Positions 18,342 through 29,234 are shown, counted from the stretch's first letter. The stretch: DNA of 64,000 bases from an uncultured delta proteobacterium (GCA_963785725.1 CAWAWS010000022.1:128001-192000); one strand, 5' to 3'. Numbers and translations are program-made. Notes: generated from the letters alone by a model not told the origin.

Positions 18342-19606
18342 AGCGCATCACTCTCTTACTCTCGATCCTCGCTGTCGGTTGCGGCGGCAGCGCCGGCAAC
18401 GGCAAGGGCGGCGGCGGCGGCTCGGCCGGTGGCGGCGGAAGCGCGGGCGGCGGCGGCACCGGCGCGCTGCCCACGGGCATCGCCGTCATCGACAGCGACT
18501 ACAAGTCGACCGCGGTCTCGCTCATCGACCCGAGCACGGCCACGCTGCTCGAGGACGACTGCATCGACTCGGGCGCCGTCTCGTCGACGCTGTCGATGGC
18601 GCTCTCGGGCGACGTCGTGCTCGCCACCGGCAAGCAGGCCAACGGCGCGCTCTTGCTCCTCGATCGCATCAACTCGGCGCTCGATTACCTGTCGGCGAGC
18701 GCGACCGGCTGCACCGTGCTGCGTCAGGTCTCGGTCGGCGCGTTCTACGCGAACCCGCACGACGTCGTCAGCATCTCGGCCACGAAATCGTACGTCACGA
18801 GCAACGAGGCCAATCCGTCGGGCGGCGCGGCGGCGACGAACGATCAAGGCGACGACATCATCATCATCGACCCGACGGCGGGCACGATCACCGGCCACAT
18901 CGACCTCTCGAGTTACGCCGACAGCGCCGCCGTCTTGCCGCGGCCCGATCGCGCCATCCTCGCCAACGGGCTCGTTTACGTCGTGCTCAACGAGAACAGC
19001 GAAGACTTCAAGACCAACGCCGACGGCCGCGTCGTCATCATCGACCCGACGACCGACACCGTCACCGGCAAGATCGACCTGACCGGGTTCGCGGGCTGCA
19101 GCGGCCTCGACTATTGGGCGGCCACGAAGACGCTCGCCGTCGGCTGCTCGGGCGACTACAACGCGCCGCTCGCCACCGAATTGACCGAGTCGGCGCTCGT
19201 GCTCATCGACGTGAGCGGCGCCGCGCCGACGATCACGAAGACGATTCCCGCGAGCGCGCTGGGCAGCCGGCCGATCAGCTCACAGGACTTCGCGTTCGCC
19301 GGCGACAACTTGATCGTCGCGTCGACGTACGGCGACTTCACGACGACGACCATCTTCGACGCGCTGTGGGCCGTCACGCTCGACGCCGGCACCGCGGTCA
19401 AGATCACCGACGCCGACGCCGCCGGCGACTTCGCCAGCCTCGTCTACCTGCCGGCGACGAAGCAGGTGTTGGCGACGGACGCTTCGGCGACGACGCCGGT
19501 CGTGCGCGTGCTCGACGTCAGCAACCCGGCCGCGGTCACGCAGACCGCGACGTTCGACGCCGACCCGAAGGCCGCGCTGCAGCCGCGCCAGATCGCGTGG
19601 TTCTAG
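18338..19606 (+). CDS. beta-propeller (YncE-like) lipoprotein co-transcribed with btuB
   Basis: RBS AAGGAG, ATGA overlap, lipobox AVGC, Gly linker, repeats NPHDV / IIIDPTAGTITGHIDL / IIDPTTDTVTGKIDL. Confidence 0.85.
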   Translation: MKRITLLLSILAVGCGGSAGNGKGGGGGSAGGGGSAGGGGTGALPTGIAVIDSDYKSTAVSLIDPSTATLLEDDCIDSGAVSSTLSMALSGDVVLATGKQANGALLLLDRINSALDYLSASATGCTVLRQVSVGAFYANPHDVVSISATKSYVTSNEANPSGGAAATNDQGDDIIIIDPTAGTITGHIDLSSYADSAAVLPRPDRAILANGLVYVVLNENSEDFKTNADGRVVIIDPTTDTVTGKIDLTGFAGCSGLDYWAATKTLAVGCSGDYNAPLATELTESALVLIDVSGAAPTITKTIPASALGSRPISSQDFAFAGDNLIVASTYGDFTTTTIFDALWAVTLDAGTAVKITDADAAGDFASLVYLPATKQVLATDASATTPVVRVLDVSNPAAVTQTATFDADPKAALQPRQIAWF

Positions 19607-19991
19607 TCGGGCTCGGCGCGGCCAAGGTTCACGCGCGTCAGATCGCCAGCTATTACGAGGCGGGCGTCGACGCGCACGAGAATACGGGACAGCCTCGTGG
19701 TCGAGCTGCCGAATGTGCCGCGCCCGATCGGCTGGCGCGTTTGCAGGGGCTTGGCCGGTCCGACCGACGTCGTGCACGTGAAGCTCGACTGAACGGCCAC
19801 GTTATTCAGCTGTGGAATAGCAACGAAAACCATCGTCAAACGCGTCTCGCCAAAGGCTCCGCTCTTTTCTTCTTATTGCCAGACGCCGATGACTCGATTT
19901 CTAGCGTCTTCTGCCCTGCCCGCAGACGATCAAATGTCGATTCGCCAGGAAAGCTATCGGATCAACCGAGCTGCAAGACGCCCTACTCCAC

Positions 19992-21704
19992 TTAGGACGA
20001 CGTGGCGGCGCGTGTTGGCAATGGGATTTGCGCATTCGCCGCTGACTGTGGGCCGGGTACTCCGTAATCGGAATCGGCGAGCGCGTGACCACCGACGATC
20101 AAATCGAGTGGCGCGTCGTACTTGTCGATGACGGACTCCACGAAAACCATGCCCGAATGCGGAGAGTCCAGCACCGTCTGCAATTCGTTGCCGGTATTTA
20201 CAATGTAGGTTTCCGCCTTCTTGTCGCGACTGAAGACATGTGGCAGCTCGGAGTACCGCCAGTTCGCGATGTCGTTGTACTTCGCGTCCTTACCCAGAAC
20301 GGCCCTCTCTACTGTGTAGCCTGAGTTGTTGATCACGAAGATGAATGGCGCGAGGTCATGCCGCATGACGGTCGAAAGCTCTTGCGCGGTCATCTGGAGA
20401 GAGCCTTCTCCCGTAAACAAGAGGTGACGCCGTCCGGGACTAGCGAGAGTGGCTCCCAGGAGCGCGGGTGTCGCATAGCCGATCGAGCACCAGACAAAAG
20501 CTCCAGTGATATAGGTGCAACCGTCGGGCAGCGTGAGTCGGCCCATCCCTGCGCTCGAGGCTCCGTCTTCCACGACGATCACATCGCCGGGGCGCAGAAA
20601 ATTCTGCATCGCCTTCCAATACGTGTCTTGGCTGAGGGGCTCGTCCGAAGGAACGAAGGGCGACTTCCTCGCCGGACGGATCGACTGTTTCTTGGTGACG
20701 ATGCCCGAAGACGAGTCGACAATGGACCGCAGGAGCTCCGCAATATAGACGCCTTGAATATTCCTATTTGCCGTATCGACACTGTCGGAATTCAGATGAA
20801 TGACAGAGGCGGGCAGCTTGTCCGTGAAAAAACCGACTGTCGTTTCGACGCGCCGGTAACCAACCGTCATTAGACAATCGCTTCCTTCAATCGCCTCGCG
20901 CGTTGCAGGTAAGCTCGCAATCCCCGCGTAGGTTCCAATCAATTGGGGAGCGCTCTCAGGGACAGCTCCTTTGGCACAGTTCAGCGTCGCGACCTGCATT
21001 TGAAATCGTTCGGCGAGCACCATGATCTGCTCGGAGACGCCGAATCGGATCGCATCCAGATCCAGTAGCAACGCAGGCGACTTGGCGGCATGCAATCTCT
21101 CCAGAATCAGCTCGGTGCAGCCTCTCAGGCTCTCCTGCTCGCTTGGGATCATTTCGAGTCTTAGTGGACGCTCGGGCACCTCGATCTCGAGATAAGAAAT
21201 GTCGGACGGCAGCTCCAGGTAGACGGGACGCTTTCGGCGCCACGCCGTCAGAATGAGCCGATCGATCTCGGCTACTGCATTCTCCGGAGTCAGTCGCGCC
21301 TGGGCGTCCGTCACCTCGGCGAACATCCGACAGAAGTTCCCCTTATCTCGATCGGCGAGCGTGTGGTGCATCAGATCTCCACGTTGAATGGCTCGCAGTG
21401 GAAGGGATCCACAAACCAAGATCACGGGAACATGCTCGCTGTACGCACCGGCGATACCGTTAATCGCGCTGAGCGCTCCGACCCCGTGCGTTACAATCAG
21501 CGCGCCGATGCCGTTGATTCGCGCATAGGCATCGGTCGCGTAGGAGGCATTGAGCTCGTTGCAGTTTCCAACCCATGCGGGTTTCCCCCGATCCTCCAGT
21601 TGCTGCATGAGCTCGAGGTTGTAGTCGCCGGGCACGCCGAAGATGTGTTGGACGCCTGCCTCTTCGAGCCGACGAAGCAAGAAATTGCCGATGGACTCCT
21701 TCAT
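19992..21704 (-). CDS. ThDP-dependent alpha-keto-acid (indolepyruvate/pyruvate-type) decarboxylase
   Basis: IFGVPGDYNL, NCNELNASYATDAYAR, MHHTL, ThDP motif GEGSLQMTAQE…INNSGYTVER. Confidence 0.93.
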   Translation of the reverse strand: MKESIGNFLLRRLEEAGVQHIFGVPGDYNLELMQQLEDRGKPAWVGNCNELNASYATDAYARINGIGALIVTHGVGALSAINGIAGAYSEHVPVILVCGSLPLRAIQRGDLMHHTLADRDKGNFCRMFAEVTDAQARLTPENAVAEIDRLILTAWRRKRPVYLELPSDISYLEIEVPERPLRLEMIPSEQESLRGCTELILERLHAAKSPALLLDLDAIRFGVSEQIMVLAERFQMQVATLNCAKGAVPESAPQLIGTYAGIASLPATREAIEGSDCLMTVGYRRVETTVGFFTDKLPASVIHLNSDSVDTANRNIQGVYIAELLRSIVDSSSGIVTKKQSIRPARKSPFVPSDEPLSQDTYWKAMQNFLRPGDVIVVEDGASSAGMGRLTLPDGCTYITGAFVWCSIGYATPALLGATLASPGRRHLLFTGEGSLQMTAQELSTVMRHDLAPFIFVINNSGYTVERAVLGKDAKYNDIANWRYSELPHVFSRDKKAETYIVNTGNELQTVLDSPHSGMVFVESVIDKYDAPLDLIVGGHALADSDYGVPGPQSAANAQIPLPTRAATSS

Positions 21705-21965
21705 GGAAGCCGCCTCCTACGCGATTCCGTCGTAGGGGCGAATGCATCGTCGTCAAGCCGATCGTGGTTGCGCCCGCGACCCGGCGATCCGGCGCGCTCC
21801 CCGGCTTGACTGCATATGGCTCGAGTACCGTTCGTCGCGGTCCTGACAGCGCGCCAGCGGCCGGTGGAATGTTCGACGCCGTTCGACGACTCCCGAGCGG
21901 ACGGACCGGCGGCCTGATGCGACGATCATCACCGGCCGTCGCCGACGCTTGCGCTATGGTGCGCC

Positions 21966-23462
21966 ATGCGTTTCTGCCTCGCGCTCGCGCTCGCGTCGAT
22001 GCTCGGCTGCTTCCACGATCAACACGTCGCCGGTCCGTCCGGTGGCTCGAGCGCGCGCGGCTGGCAGGAAGTGACCTCGACGCACTTCGTGCTTTACACC
22101 GATCAGGGCGCCTTCATGGCGCGGCAAGCGCTGGAGGAGCTGGAGCACGACGTGAGCATGTTGCAGGCGCTGGCCTTCCCGAGCGTGACGCTGCCGCCCG
22201 AGCCGATCGACGTCGTGCTGCTCGACCTCGACGGCCTACAAACGCTCGCGGGCGACAAGCAGCTCGGCGGCAGCTTCCACGGCAGCCTCGACGCCACCGA
22301 GCGGCGACACCTCTTGACGGCGGTGGTACCACCCGGCGGCGTCTTCGGCGGGCTCGGCGAGCTGCGCACCACGGTGCTGCACGAGATCACGCACAGCTTC
22401 GTGCGCCGCGCCATTCCGCACGCGCCCACCTGGCTCAACGAAGGCATCGCCTGCTACTGGGAGACACTCGAGTTCGACGGCGACGCGCAGGAGGCGATCG
22501 TCGGTCGCCCGCCGCCGCTGAACACGCTGCTCGTCGACTGGGCGCCGCTGAACGAGCTGGTCACCGGCGACGCGCGCACCTTCTACCGCCGGGCCAATCG
22601 CGCGCCGGCCTACGCGATGGCCTGGGGCGTGGTGCACTTCCTGTACGAGCACAGCCCGGACACGCTGGTCAGCTACGAAGCCTTGCTGCGCCAGGGCGTC
22701 AGCGATCAGGTGGCGTGGCAGGACGCGTTCGGCGTGCCGCCCGCGGCGTTCGATAAACGGCTGCACGAGCTGTATGACGCCGATGCGCCGTTGGCGCGAC
22801 GCGTGCCGCGTCCGCCGATGGCGGCGGTCGATCCGCGATCGGAGCGCACGCTTACGCCGGCCGAGGTGCACCTCTTATGGGCGCGCGTGGCCGAGAACGG
22901 CGGGAAGGAGGGGCTCGCGCGCATGCAGGCGCAGGTCGACGCCGCGGCGCAGCTCGAGCCCGAGTCGCCGGCGGTGCTCGTATGGCAGGCGCGGCTGGCG
23001 ATGCGGCACGACAATTGGCCCGAGGCCGTAACGCGGCTCGAGCACGCGCTGCAGCTGCGGCCCGACGATCGTAACGCGCTGGCGCTGCTGACCGACGTTC
23101 GCCAGCGCGTCCCGCCGCAGCGCCAGGACGGCTCGCGGGACGATGACGCGCTCGACGCGCTCTACGCGCGGTTGGCTGCGCCCGGCGGCTCGGCGAGCGA
23201 CCTGGCGCGCGCGGCCGAATACGAGCTGTCGCGCAACGGCGTGGAGCGCGCGCGCCCGCTGGCGGAGGCGGCGGTGACGCGCAACCCCGAATGCGTAGCG
23301 TGCCTCGAGACGCTGGCGACGATTCGCGACGCCGCACACGACGAGCGCGGCGCGGCCGACGCCGAAGCACGCGCCGTCGCCGCCTGGCCATACGAGGATC
23401 CGCCGACCGCGCAGCTGCAGCGTCTCGAAGGCTACCGCGCTGCCGCCACGCGCGCGCACTGA
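21966..23462 (+). CDS. lipoprotein with HExxH gluzincin-like (DUF1570-type) domain and TPRs
   Basis: Lipobox MLGC; WQEVTSTHFVLYTD; LHEITH…PTWLNEGIA; C-terminal TPR-like helices. Confidence 0.8.
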   Translation: MRFCLALALASMLGCFHDQHVAGPSGGSSARGWQEVTSTHFVLYTDQGAFMARQALEELEHDVSMLQALAFPSVTLPPEPIDVVLLDLDGLQTLAGDKQLGGSFHGSLDATERRHLLTAVVPPGGVFGGLGELRTTVLHEITHSFVRRAIPHAPTWLNEGIACYWETLEFDGDAQEAIVGRPPPLNTLLVDWAPLNELVTGDARTFYRRANRAPAYAMAWGVVHFLYEHSPDTLVSYEALLRQGVSDQVAWQDAFGVPPAAFDKRLHELYDADAPLARRVPRPPMAAVDPRSERTLTPAEVHLLWARVAENGGKEGLARMQAQVDAAAQLEPESPAVLVWQARLAMRHDNWPEAVTRLEHALQLRPDDRNALALLTDVRQRVPPQRQDGSRDDDALDALYARLAAPGGSASDLARAAEYELSRNGVERARPLAEAAVTRNPECVACLETLATIRDAAHDERGAADAEARAVAAWPYEDPPTAQLQRLEGYRAAATRAH

Positions 23463-23852
23463 AGGCATCCGTTCATCGAGCAGGATCCGCAGTGGGCCGG
23501 AGACGCGGCTACGGGGCGAGGCTGGCGCGAAGGTCGATATTTGGCCTCGAGCCGCAAGACCTTCCGGCGTTGGGCAGGCGGTCTTTGCGGACGAGCTTGG
23601 GCCGGCAAACGTGCACGACGACCAGTGACGAGAGACGGCGCTCGACGGCCTCGCTGACGGTCTTGGCCGACGCGCTCGAGGCATCGAGCCCTTCGCGCTG
23701 GACCGTGCTCACGCACGGACGCAGGATTCGGGACACGCGATCTTTGATGTAGCCATGTGAACAGCTAACGTTGCAGCATCTCGGGTCTGGCTCTTACGTC
23801 TATGACCAAACGCGCAGAGTGACGGCTCAGGACCAGCCGCGCTGATGTAATG

Positions 23853-24419
23853 CTAATGAGAAGCCGCGAAGCCTTTGGTTTCCATTCCCCAAGTAAGCTG
23901 CCGACGAAAGGCCTCGATCACCGGATCCACGCCGTCGGTGGAAAAGGACTCATCGACGCGCTCGCATTCCCACGCGAACAGCACCACCCACGCGCGGTCA
24001 GCGACCAACTGGCTACGCAAGAGCTGCTCGAAACCTCCGTTCTCCAACTCCTGCCCCTCGCCCGAGCCGAGCGCTCCATCCTCCACCCGTGGACGATTGA
24101 TGGACAGCTCATAAAGGTCCATTCCATCGCTCGAGTCGGGCGGGATTCTCGCCAGCAGACGCGGAGGGAGTGCCTCTCCGTCTGGATGAACCATCAGCTT
24201 GAGATGGCGCCCCGCGCAATAGAAGGACGGCCCTCCCAATGGCTCAAACGGCATGCGGCGCTTCTCAAGGCCCTCTGTAAGCCGCAGCTCCTCGACGAGC
24301 AACTCCAGGCAGGCGTCCATATCGAGACTCCGCATCACATGTTGGACCGACTTCCGATCCTGCAGCTTCACTTTCCGGTGTAGCCGAATGGCAATCCAGT
24401 GCCGCTCCTTTGCTGCCAC
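23853..24419 (-). CDS. hypothetical protein
   Basis: 188-aa ORF with globular-looking composition; no recognised motif. Confidence 0.45.
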   Translation of the reverse strand: MAAKERHWIAIRLHRKVKLQDRKSVQHVMRSLDMDACLELLVEELRLTEGLEKRRMPFEPLGGPSFYCAGRHLKLMVHPDGEALPPRLLARIPPDSSDGMDLYELSINRPRVEDGALGSGEGQELENGGFEQLLRSQLVADRAWVVLFAWECERVDESFSTDGVDPVIEAFRRQLTWGMETKGFAASH

Positions 24420-24448
24420 CGCCGATTATCGAGCAACGCAGCGTCGTC

Positions 24449-24703
24449 TCAGCCTCTTAGCAGAAGCAAGATCACCTTCAGCGCGAGAAGCGCGACGCCT
24501 ATCCCGGCACCCCACTTCAGCATAGGCGGTTTGTGATCTGCTCGGGGTGTCGCCATCTGCGCCGGAACGATCAGACCGCGCGCCTTGATCTCTAGTTGGG
24601 CGACGTCGAGCGCCTCAGCGGACCAGCTGTCGCGATCTTCAGTCACCACGCGCTGGAGCTCGTCATCGCTCAGCGAAGACATGCGGGCCATGATTGGATC
24701 CAT
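24449..24703 (-). CDS. small membrane protein
   Basis: MSSLSDDEL…WSAEALDVAQLEIKARG helical motif and C-terminal TM. Confidence 0.6.
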   Translation of the reverse strand: MDPIMARMSSLSDDELQRVVTEDRDSWSAEALDVAQLEIKARGLIVPAQMATPRADHKPPMLKWGAGIGVALLALKVILLLLRG

Positions 24704-25289
24704 GTCCGAACGATATTCCGATTGGCCGTGAGCGTCCATCGAAGCGCCGCGCCGCGCTGCTGCCGAACGAGGTCAAGGCTGTTTCCGCTGCTTCGGAGCG
24801 GTGCGCGTAGGCTGCTCGCCCGGATCGCCTGCGAGTAAGAGTACGATCGCTCCCCCTGCTCCATTCACAGCATCATGATCCTTGGCTTTGTCGGGGCAGC
24901 GGTGCGCGGCCTCCTGCGCGATGCCATCGACGAAGCCTGCCTCTGACAGCTTGCCTGCCTTGAGAAGCGCTGCAGCGAAAAGCTTGTGTCCGTTCGACAA
25001 GGCGCGCCTCGCTGAACGGGCACGATTATCGTAGTCGCAAATGAACTCGTGTTCATGCGGGTCGAGATGCCGGCTGTCGCCATGTCCTGTTCAATCCACG
25101 CGGCCCGATGGCACCGGCTGCCCGTTTGCAGCCGGCCCGCTCGTTGGCTCTGGGATCCGGCAACGGAAGGTCCACTCCTTTTACCTCTTGCTGAGGCAGC
25201 GGAACGAGCTCTCCAGTCTTCGAGTCGCATGAGCGCACGAGATGCTGGCGGACCATTCGCGCCGGCGTGCTCGCGTCGCTGCGCTCTTT

Positions 25290-26513
25290 CTAAGGGTGGT
25301 ATTGCAGGATGATGCCGGTGCCTTCGTCGTCATTTTCACCGACGGCCCAGCCTTCATTGGGCCCGGGAAAGGCGACGTCGTTCAGTCCCCACTGCTTCAC
25401 GCCGGGATAAAGCGACGACAAGCTCTGCGCCGTCCATTGCGCGCCGTCGAAGTGCGCGGCCATCCCGTAGCTGCTGCCGGACTGCGGTGATTCTCCGCCG
25501 ATGGCCCACACGCTCGTCGCCGTCACCGGCGCGAGCGCGACGAAGACGAAGTCGAAGCCGGCCAAGGTGCTCGACACGTCGCTCCAGCCGGACGCGCCGT
25601 AGCTGAACAGCGTCGGCGTCGTGGCGCCGAATCCCGACGTCCAGCCGACTGATGGCGATGCGAACCCCAGGCAGGCCAAGCCCCAGCTAGTGTTGCGATT
25701 GACGCTCGAGACGAGGCTCCATTGCCCCTGGCTGTAGTGCCAGATGATGCCGAAGTCGCCTTGCGCGGTCGAGGCGTTGCCGGTCGCCCACGCCTCCGTC
25801 GGCGACAGCGCCCGCACGCGGTCCACCTCCCATAGGCCCAGCGGCGGCGCCGGCACCGCGTCGACGGTCCACACGCCACCGCTCGCGTGCAGAATCACGC
25901 CCTGCTTGTTGCTCGCGAGATAGTTGGTGAGGTCGACGCCGACCGCCCAGCCGTCGCTGCTCGAGGCCATCGAGATGGCGTTGAGGTACCAATAGCTGCT
26001 GCCTGTCGGGCCGGGGACTGCGACGCTGCTCCATTGACCGCCCGTGTAGCGCAGGACGACGGCGCCGACGATCTCACTCGAGACGTTGTCGACGCCGGCC
26101 GCCCAGCCGTCACTCTCCGACGAGAACGAGATCCCGTTGAGCCACCACGAGCTGCCGGAGACGGCCGGCGGCATGACGTTGGTCCAGGTGCCGGCGCTGT
26201 ATTGGAGCAGCACGCCCGTCGACGGCCCGCTGCCGCACGCCCAGCCCGTCGTCGTGGACGGAAACGAAAGGCTGTTGAGCTTCCAGCTGCCCGCGATGGT
26301 CGGCGGCGTCACGGGCGCGAAGCTCAGCACCGGCGGCATGGCGATGTCGCGCGCGATCGTCATCGCGAAGTCGCTCGGTGGCTGCGCCAGATCGGGCGGC
26401 TGCTGCGTGAGCGGAACGGTCGACGGTGTGCGAGGGCAGCCGGCGAGCAGCAACAGCGACGCGACGCTCGTGAGCGTACGCGCGCGCGACGACGTGAATG
26501 GACGCATCGCCAT
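25290..26513 (-). CDS. lipoprotein with seven Trp-rich repeats (probable 7-bladed propeller)
   Basis: Lipobox LAGC; seven copies of WxLxxlxxxSxxxgWAxG…il.y.gg.W. Confidence 0.8.
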   Translation of the reverse strand: MAMRPFTSSRARTLTSVASLLLLAGCPRTPSTVPLTQQPPDLAQPPSDFAMTIARDIAMPPVLSFAPVTPPTIAGSWKLNSLSFPSTTTGWACGSGPSTGVLLQYSAGTWTNVMPPAVSGSSWWLNGISFSSESDGWAAGVDNVSSEIVGAVVLRYTGGQWSSVAVPGPTGSSYWYLNAISMASSSDGWAVGVDLTNYLASNKQGVILHASGGVWTVDAVPAPPLGLWEVDRVRALSPTEAWATGNASTAQGDFGIIWHYSQGQWSLVSSVNRNTSWGLACLGFASPSVGWTSGFGATTPTLFSYGASGWSDVSSTLAGFDFVFVALAPVTATSVWAIGGESPQSGSSYGMAAHFDGAQWTAQSLSSLYPGVKQWGLNDVAFPGPNEGWAVGENDDEGTGIILQYHP

Positions 26514-26767
26514 AGTCATAAGGAATCCCGATGACGCGCGTATATAGCGTTCGCACACCATTTGCGCGTGTGCGGTTCACCACCAGGTGCGCGGCGTCAC
26601 CGACGGCGTGTGCTGGTAAGCACTCGAGGCGTGATCGACGTCGGCAGCGTCAACTCCGGCGCCAGAGGGACCGTCGAGCCCGCGATGTGCTCAGAGAGAC
26701 AACGCCGATTACCTTCGTACTCGTTCGGCGAGAGCATCCCGCCGATCTGATCTGCTAAGTTTTCGCC

Positions 26768-28009
26768 ATGCGAAGATCGGTCGTCGTCGCCACTGTGTTC
26801 AGCATGTCGCTGGTCGGCGCGGCGTGGCCGGCGGCGGCGCAGCCGGAGACGCTGGTGTTCCGCGGCGCCACTGTTTACGTCGCCGCCGACGCCGCTCCGC
26901 TCGCCGACGCATCCATCGTCGTAAGCGATGGGCGCATCATCGCCGTAGGCCCGACGGCGCGCACGCCTGCGCCCGCCGGCGCGCGCACGGTCGATTGCGC
27001 CGGGCTCACCATCGTGCCCGGCTTGTGGAACGTGCACGTGCATTTCACCGAGCCGATATGGAACGATGCCGCGCATGCGCCCGCGGCGCCGCTCGCGGCG
27101 CACCTGCGCGACATGCTGACGCGCTGGGGGTTCACCACCGTCGTGGACACGGGCTCGATGTTGGAGAACACGCAGGCGCTTCGCCGCCGCATCGACGCCG
27201 GCGAGCTCGACGGCCCGCGCATCCTCACCGCAGGTGGTCCGATCTATCCGCCCGACGGCGTGCCGTTTTACGTCAAGCAGGCGCTGCCGCTCCAGGTCCT
27301 CGAGCAGCTCGCGCAGCCGGCCACTCCCGCCGCGGCCACGCGCGCCGTCGACGATCTGGTGCGCCGCGGCGCCGATCTGGTCAAGCTCTTCACCGGATCG
27401 TGGGTGGAGCGCGGCCGGGTGCTGCCGATGCCGGGCGACATCGCGTCCGCCGCTGTCGTGGCCGCGCATCGCGCGGGGAAGCTGGTCTTTAGCCACACGT
27501 CGAACCTCGCCGGCACCAAGGTGGCGATCGACGCCGGCGTCGACGTGATCGCGCACGCGATCGAGGACACACGCGGCATCGACAACGCCCTGTTGACGCG
27601 CATGAAAACGCAGCATATGGCGATCGTGCCGACGCTGGCGCTGTTCGCCGATGCCGGCGCCGATATGACGGCGATCCGCGCCGAGATCGCGCGCTATGCT
27701 GCGATGGGCGGCGAGCTCATGTTCGGCACCGACGTCGGCTACATCACGCGCTACGACACCAAGCTCGAGCTCGAGCAGTTGACGAAGGCGGGACTAACGG
27801 CGCGACAGATTCTCGACATGCTGACGCGCGTGCCCGCGGCCCGCTTCGGCGTCGGCCAATCGCGGGGGCGGATCGCGCCTGGATTCGCCGGGGACTTGAC
27901 GATTCTGGCGCACGATCCGACGTCCGACCCGTTGGCGTTTGCGGATGTACGCTACACCGTCCGCGGCGGCCGCATCATCTTTCGCGCGGCGGCCAAAAGC
28001 ACGCAATGA
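26768..28009 (+). CDS. secreted amidohydrolase-family protein
   Basis: Signal peptide; PGLWNVHVH, GADLVKL, VIAH, FGTDVG, GRIAPGFAGDL. Confidence 0.9.
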   Translation: MRRSVVVATVFSMSLVGAAWPAAAQPETLVFRGATVYVAADAAPLADASIVVSDGRIIAVGPTARTPAPAGARTVDCAGLTIVPGLWNVHVHFTEPIWNDAAHAPAAPLAAHLRDMLTRWGFTTVVDTGSMLENTQALRRRIDAGELDGPRILTAGGPIYPPDGVPFYVKQALPLQVLEQLAQPATPAAATRAVDDLVRRGADLVKLFTGSWVERGRVLPMPGDIASAAVVAAHRAGKLVFSHTSNLAGTKVAIDAGVDVIAHAIEDTRGIDNALLTRMKTQHMAIVPTLALFADAGADMTAIRAEIARYAAMGGELMFGTDVGYITRYDTKLELEQLTKAGLTARQILDMLTRVPAARFGVGQSRGRIAPGFAGDLTILAHDPTSDPLAFADVRYTVRGGRIIFRAAAKSTQ

Positions 28010-28314
28010 CCGCCGCCGTTGCTCTAGGTCGATGAGCATGTAAGTCCAGGGCGGCGCTACCCGCGCCGTCATCGTCACCGCTGCCTGACCGCGGCGCTCG
28101 CTCGTCGGTCATGAGCAGGTTCAACGCACAGGATGATTCATTCACAGCGCATGGCCGTATTGCGGTCACACCTGGCTTTGAGCTGAAGGCCGAGCACGAC
28201 CGCACCGCGGCCTTCCGTTCGCATCTTAACCTGCGCCGAGCCGCGGGACCTGCGGCGCTCCTTCGACGGGCCGGCACTCTATGCCTCCGCTCGCGGTGCC
28301 GAGTTTGCGCTCGC

Positions 28315-28968
28315 TTACGGAAGAATCGTCGCCGACTTGATGTAATCGAGCTTGGCAAACTGTGCCTTCAGGTAGGCGTTCCCCTCGCGCTGAATACGAT
28401 CCTGCGACGGCCCTTTGCCTTCGGGCGCGCCTTCGCCATAGCGCCCTTCGATGGCGTCGACGACTTTCATGCCCTCGACCACCTTGCCGAAGGGCGCAAA
28501 GCCCATCGAATCGAGGCGGCTGTTATTGGCGTAGTTGATGAAGACCTGTGTCGTGCGCATGTCCGGGCCCGCGGTCGCGAACGTGATCATTCCGCGCGTG
28601 TTCGAATGCTTCTCCGACGGATCGTCCTTGATCGTCGCCGACTCCCATTGCCGTGCGATGGTCGGCTCGGCGGGGATTCCGAACTGCACCATGAAGCCTT
28701 TGATGACACGAAAGAAGGCGCTGTCGTCGAAGAAGCCCAGCTTGACGAGGTTGTAGAAGCGATCCGCGCCCACCGGCGCCCAATCGCGGTGCACTTCAAT
28801 CACGAAGTCGCCTTTGGTCGTCACGAACTTCGCTTTGTAGCTCGCGGGCGCCTTCGCCGTCGCCGCCGACGGCTTGAGTGCCGTCGCCCGCTCGTCGCCG
28901 TGCGCCGCGACCGGCGCCCACAGCCCTACGCACAACGCCAACGCACCCACCAGCCGCACAGTCGTCAT
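28315..28968 (-). CDS. exported cyclophilin-type peptidyl-prolyl isomerase
   Basis: TTKGDFVIEV…WAPVGADRF…FFRVIKGFMVQFG…NTRGMITFA…FAPFGKVVEGM. Confidence 0.95.
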   Translation of the reverse strand: MTTVRLVGALALCVGLWAPVAAHGDERATALKPSAATAKAPASYKAKFVTTKGDFVIEVHRDWAPVGADRFYNLVKLGFFDDSAFFRVIKGFMVQFGIPAEPTIARQWESATIKDDPSEKHSNTRGMITFATAGPDMRTTQVFINYANNSRLDSMGFAPFGKVVEGMKVVDAIEGRYGEGAPEGKGPSQDRIQREGNAYLKAQFAKLDYIKSATILP

Positions 28969-29234
28969 GCCGACAGCATCGACATGCGCGCCTGCGAAGT
29001 AAAGCGCCCTCGCCCAACGTCGTCGGCCTATTTTTGTCGGCGACCTTCGCCGCTGCCGTGACTTCATTGGAAGCCACGGGGAAATCGCCAAAGACTGCCC
29101 GGCCGCGACTAAGCCCGGGGATGTCAATGGTCCTCGTCGGGACGAGCGGCGTGTTGAAGGTCAGATGAGCGATCCCTGCCTGACCATCGGTCATGTGTCT
29201 GTCGCCCACGGAAGCCGCGTCGACAGACACATAA

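Noticed and set aside
16277..19606. 1109-aa TonB receptor-lipoprotein fusion
   Set aside because: A +1 indel at ~18058; the real barrel C-terminus is in the next frame and the lipoprotein has its own RBS, ATG and lipobox.
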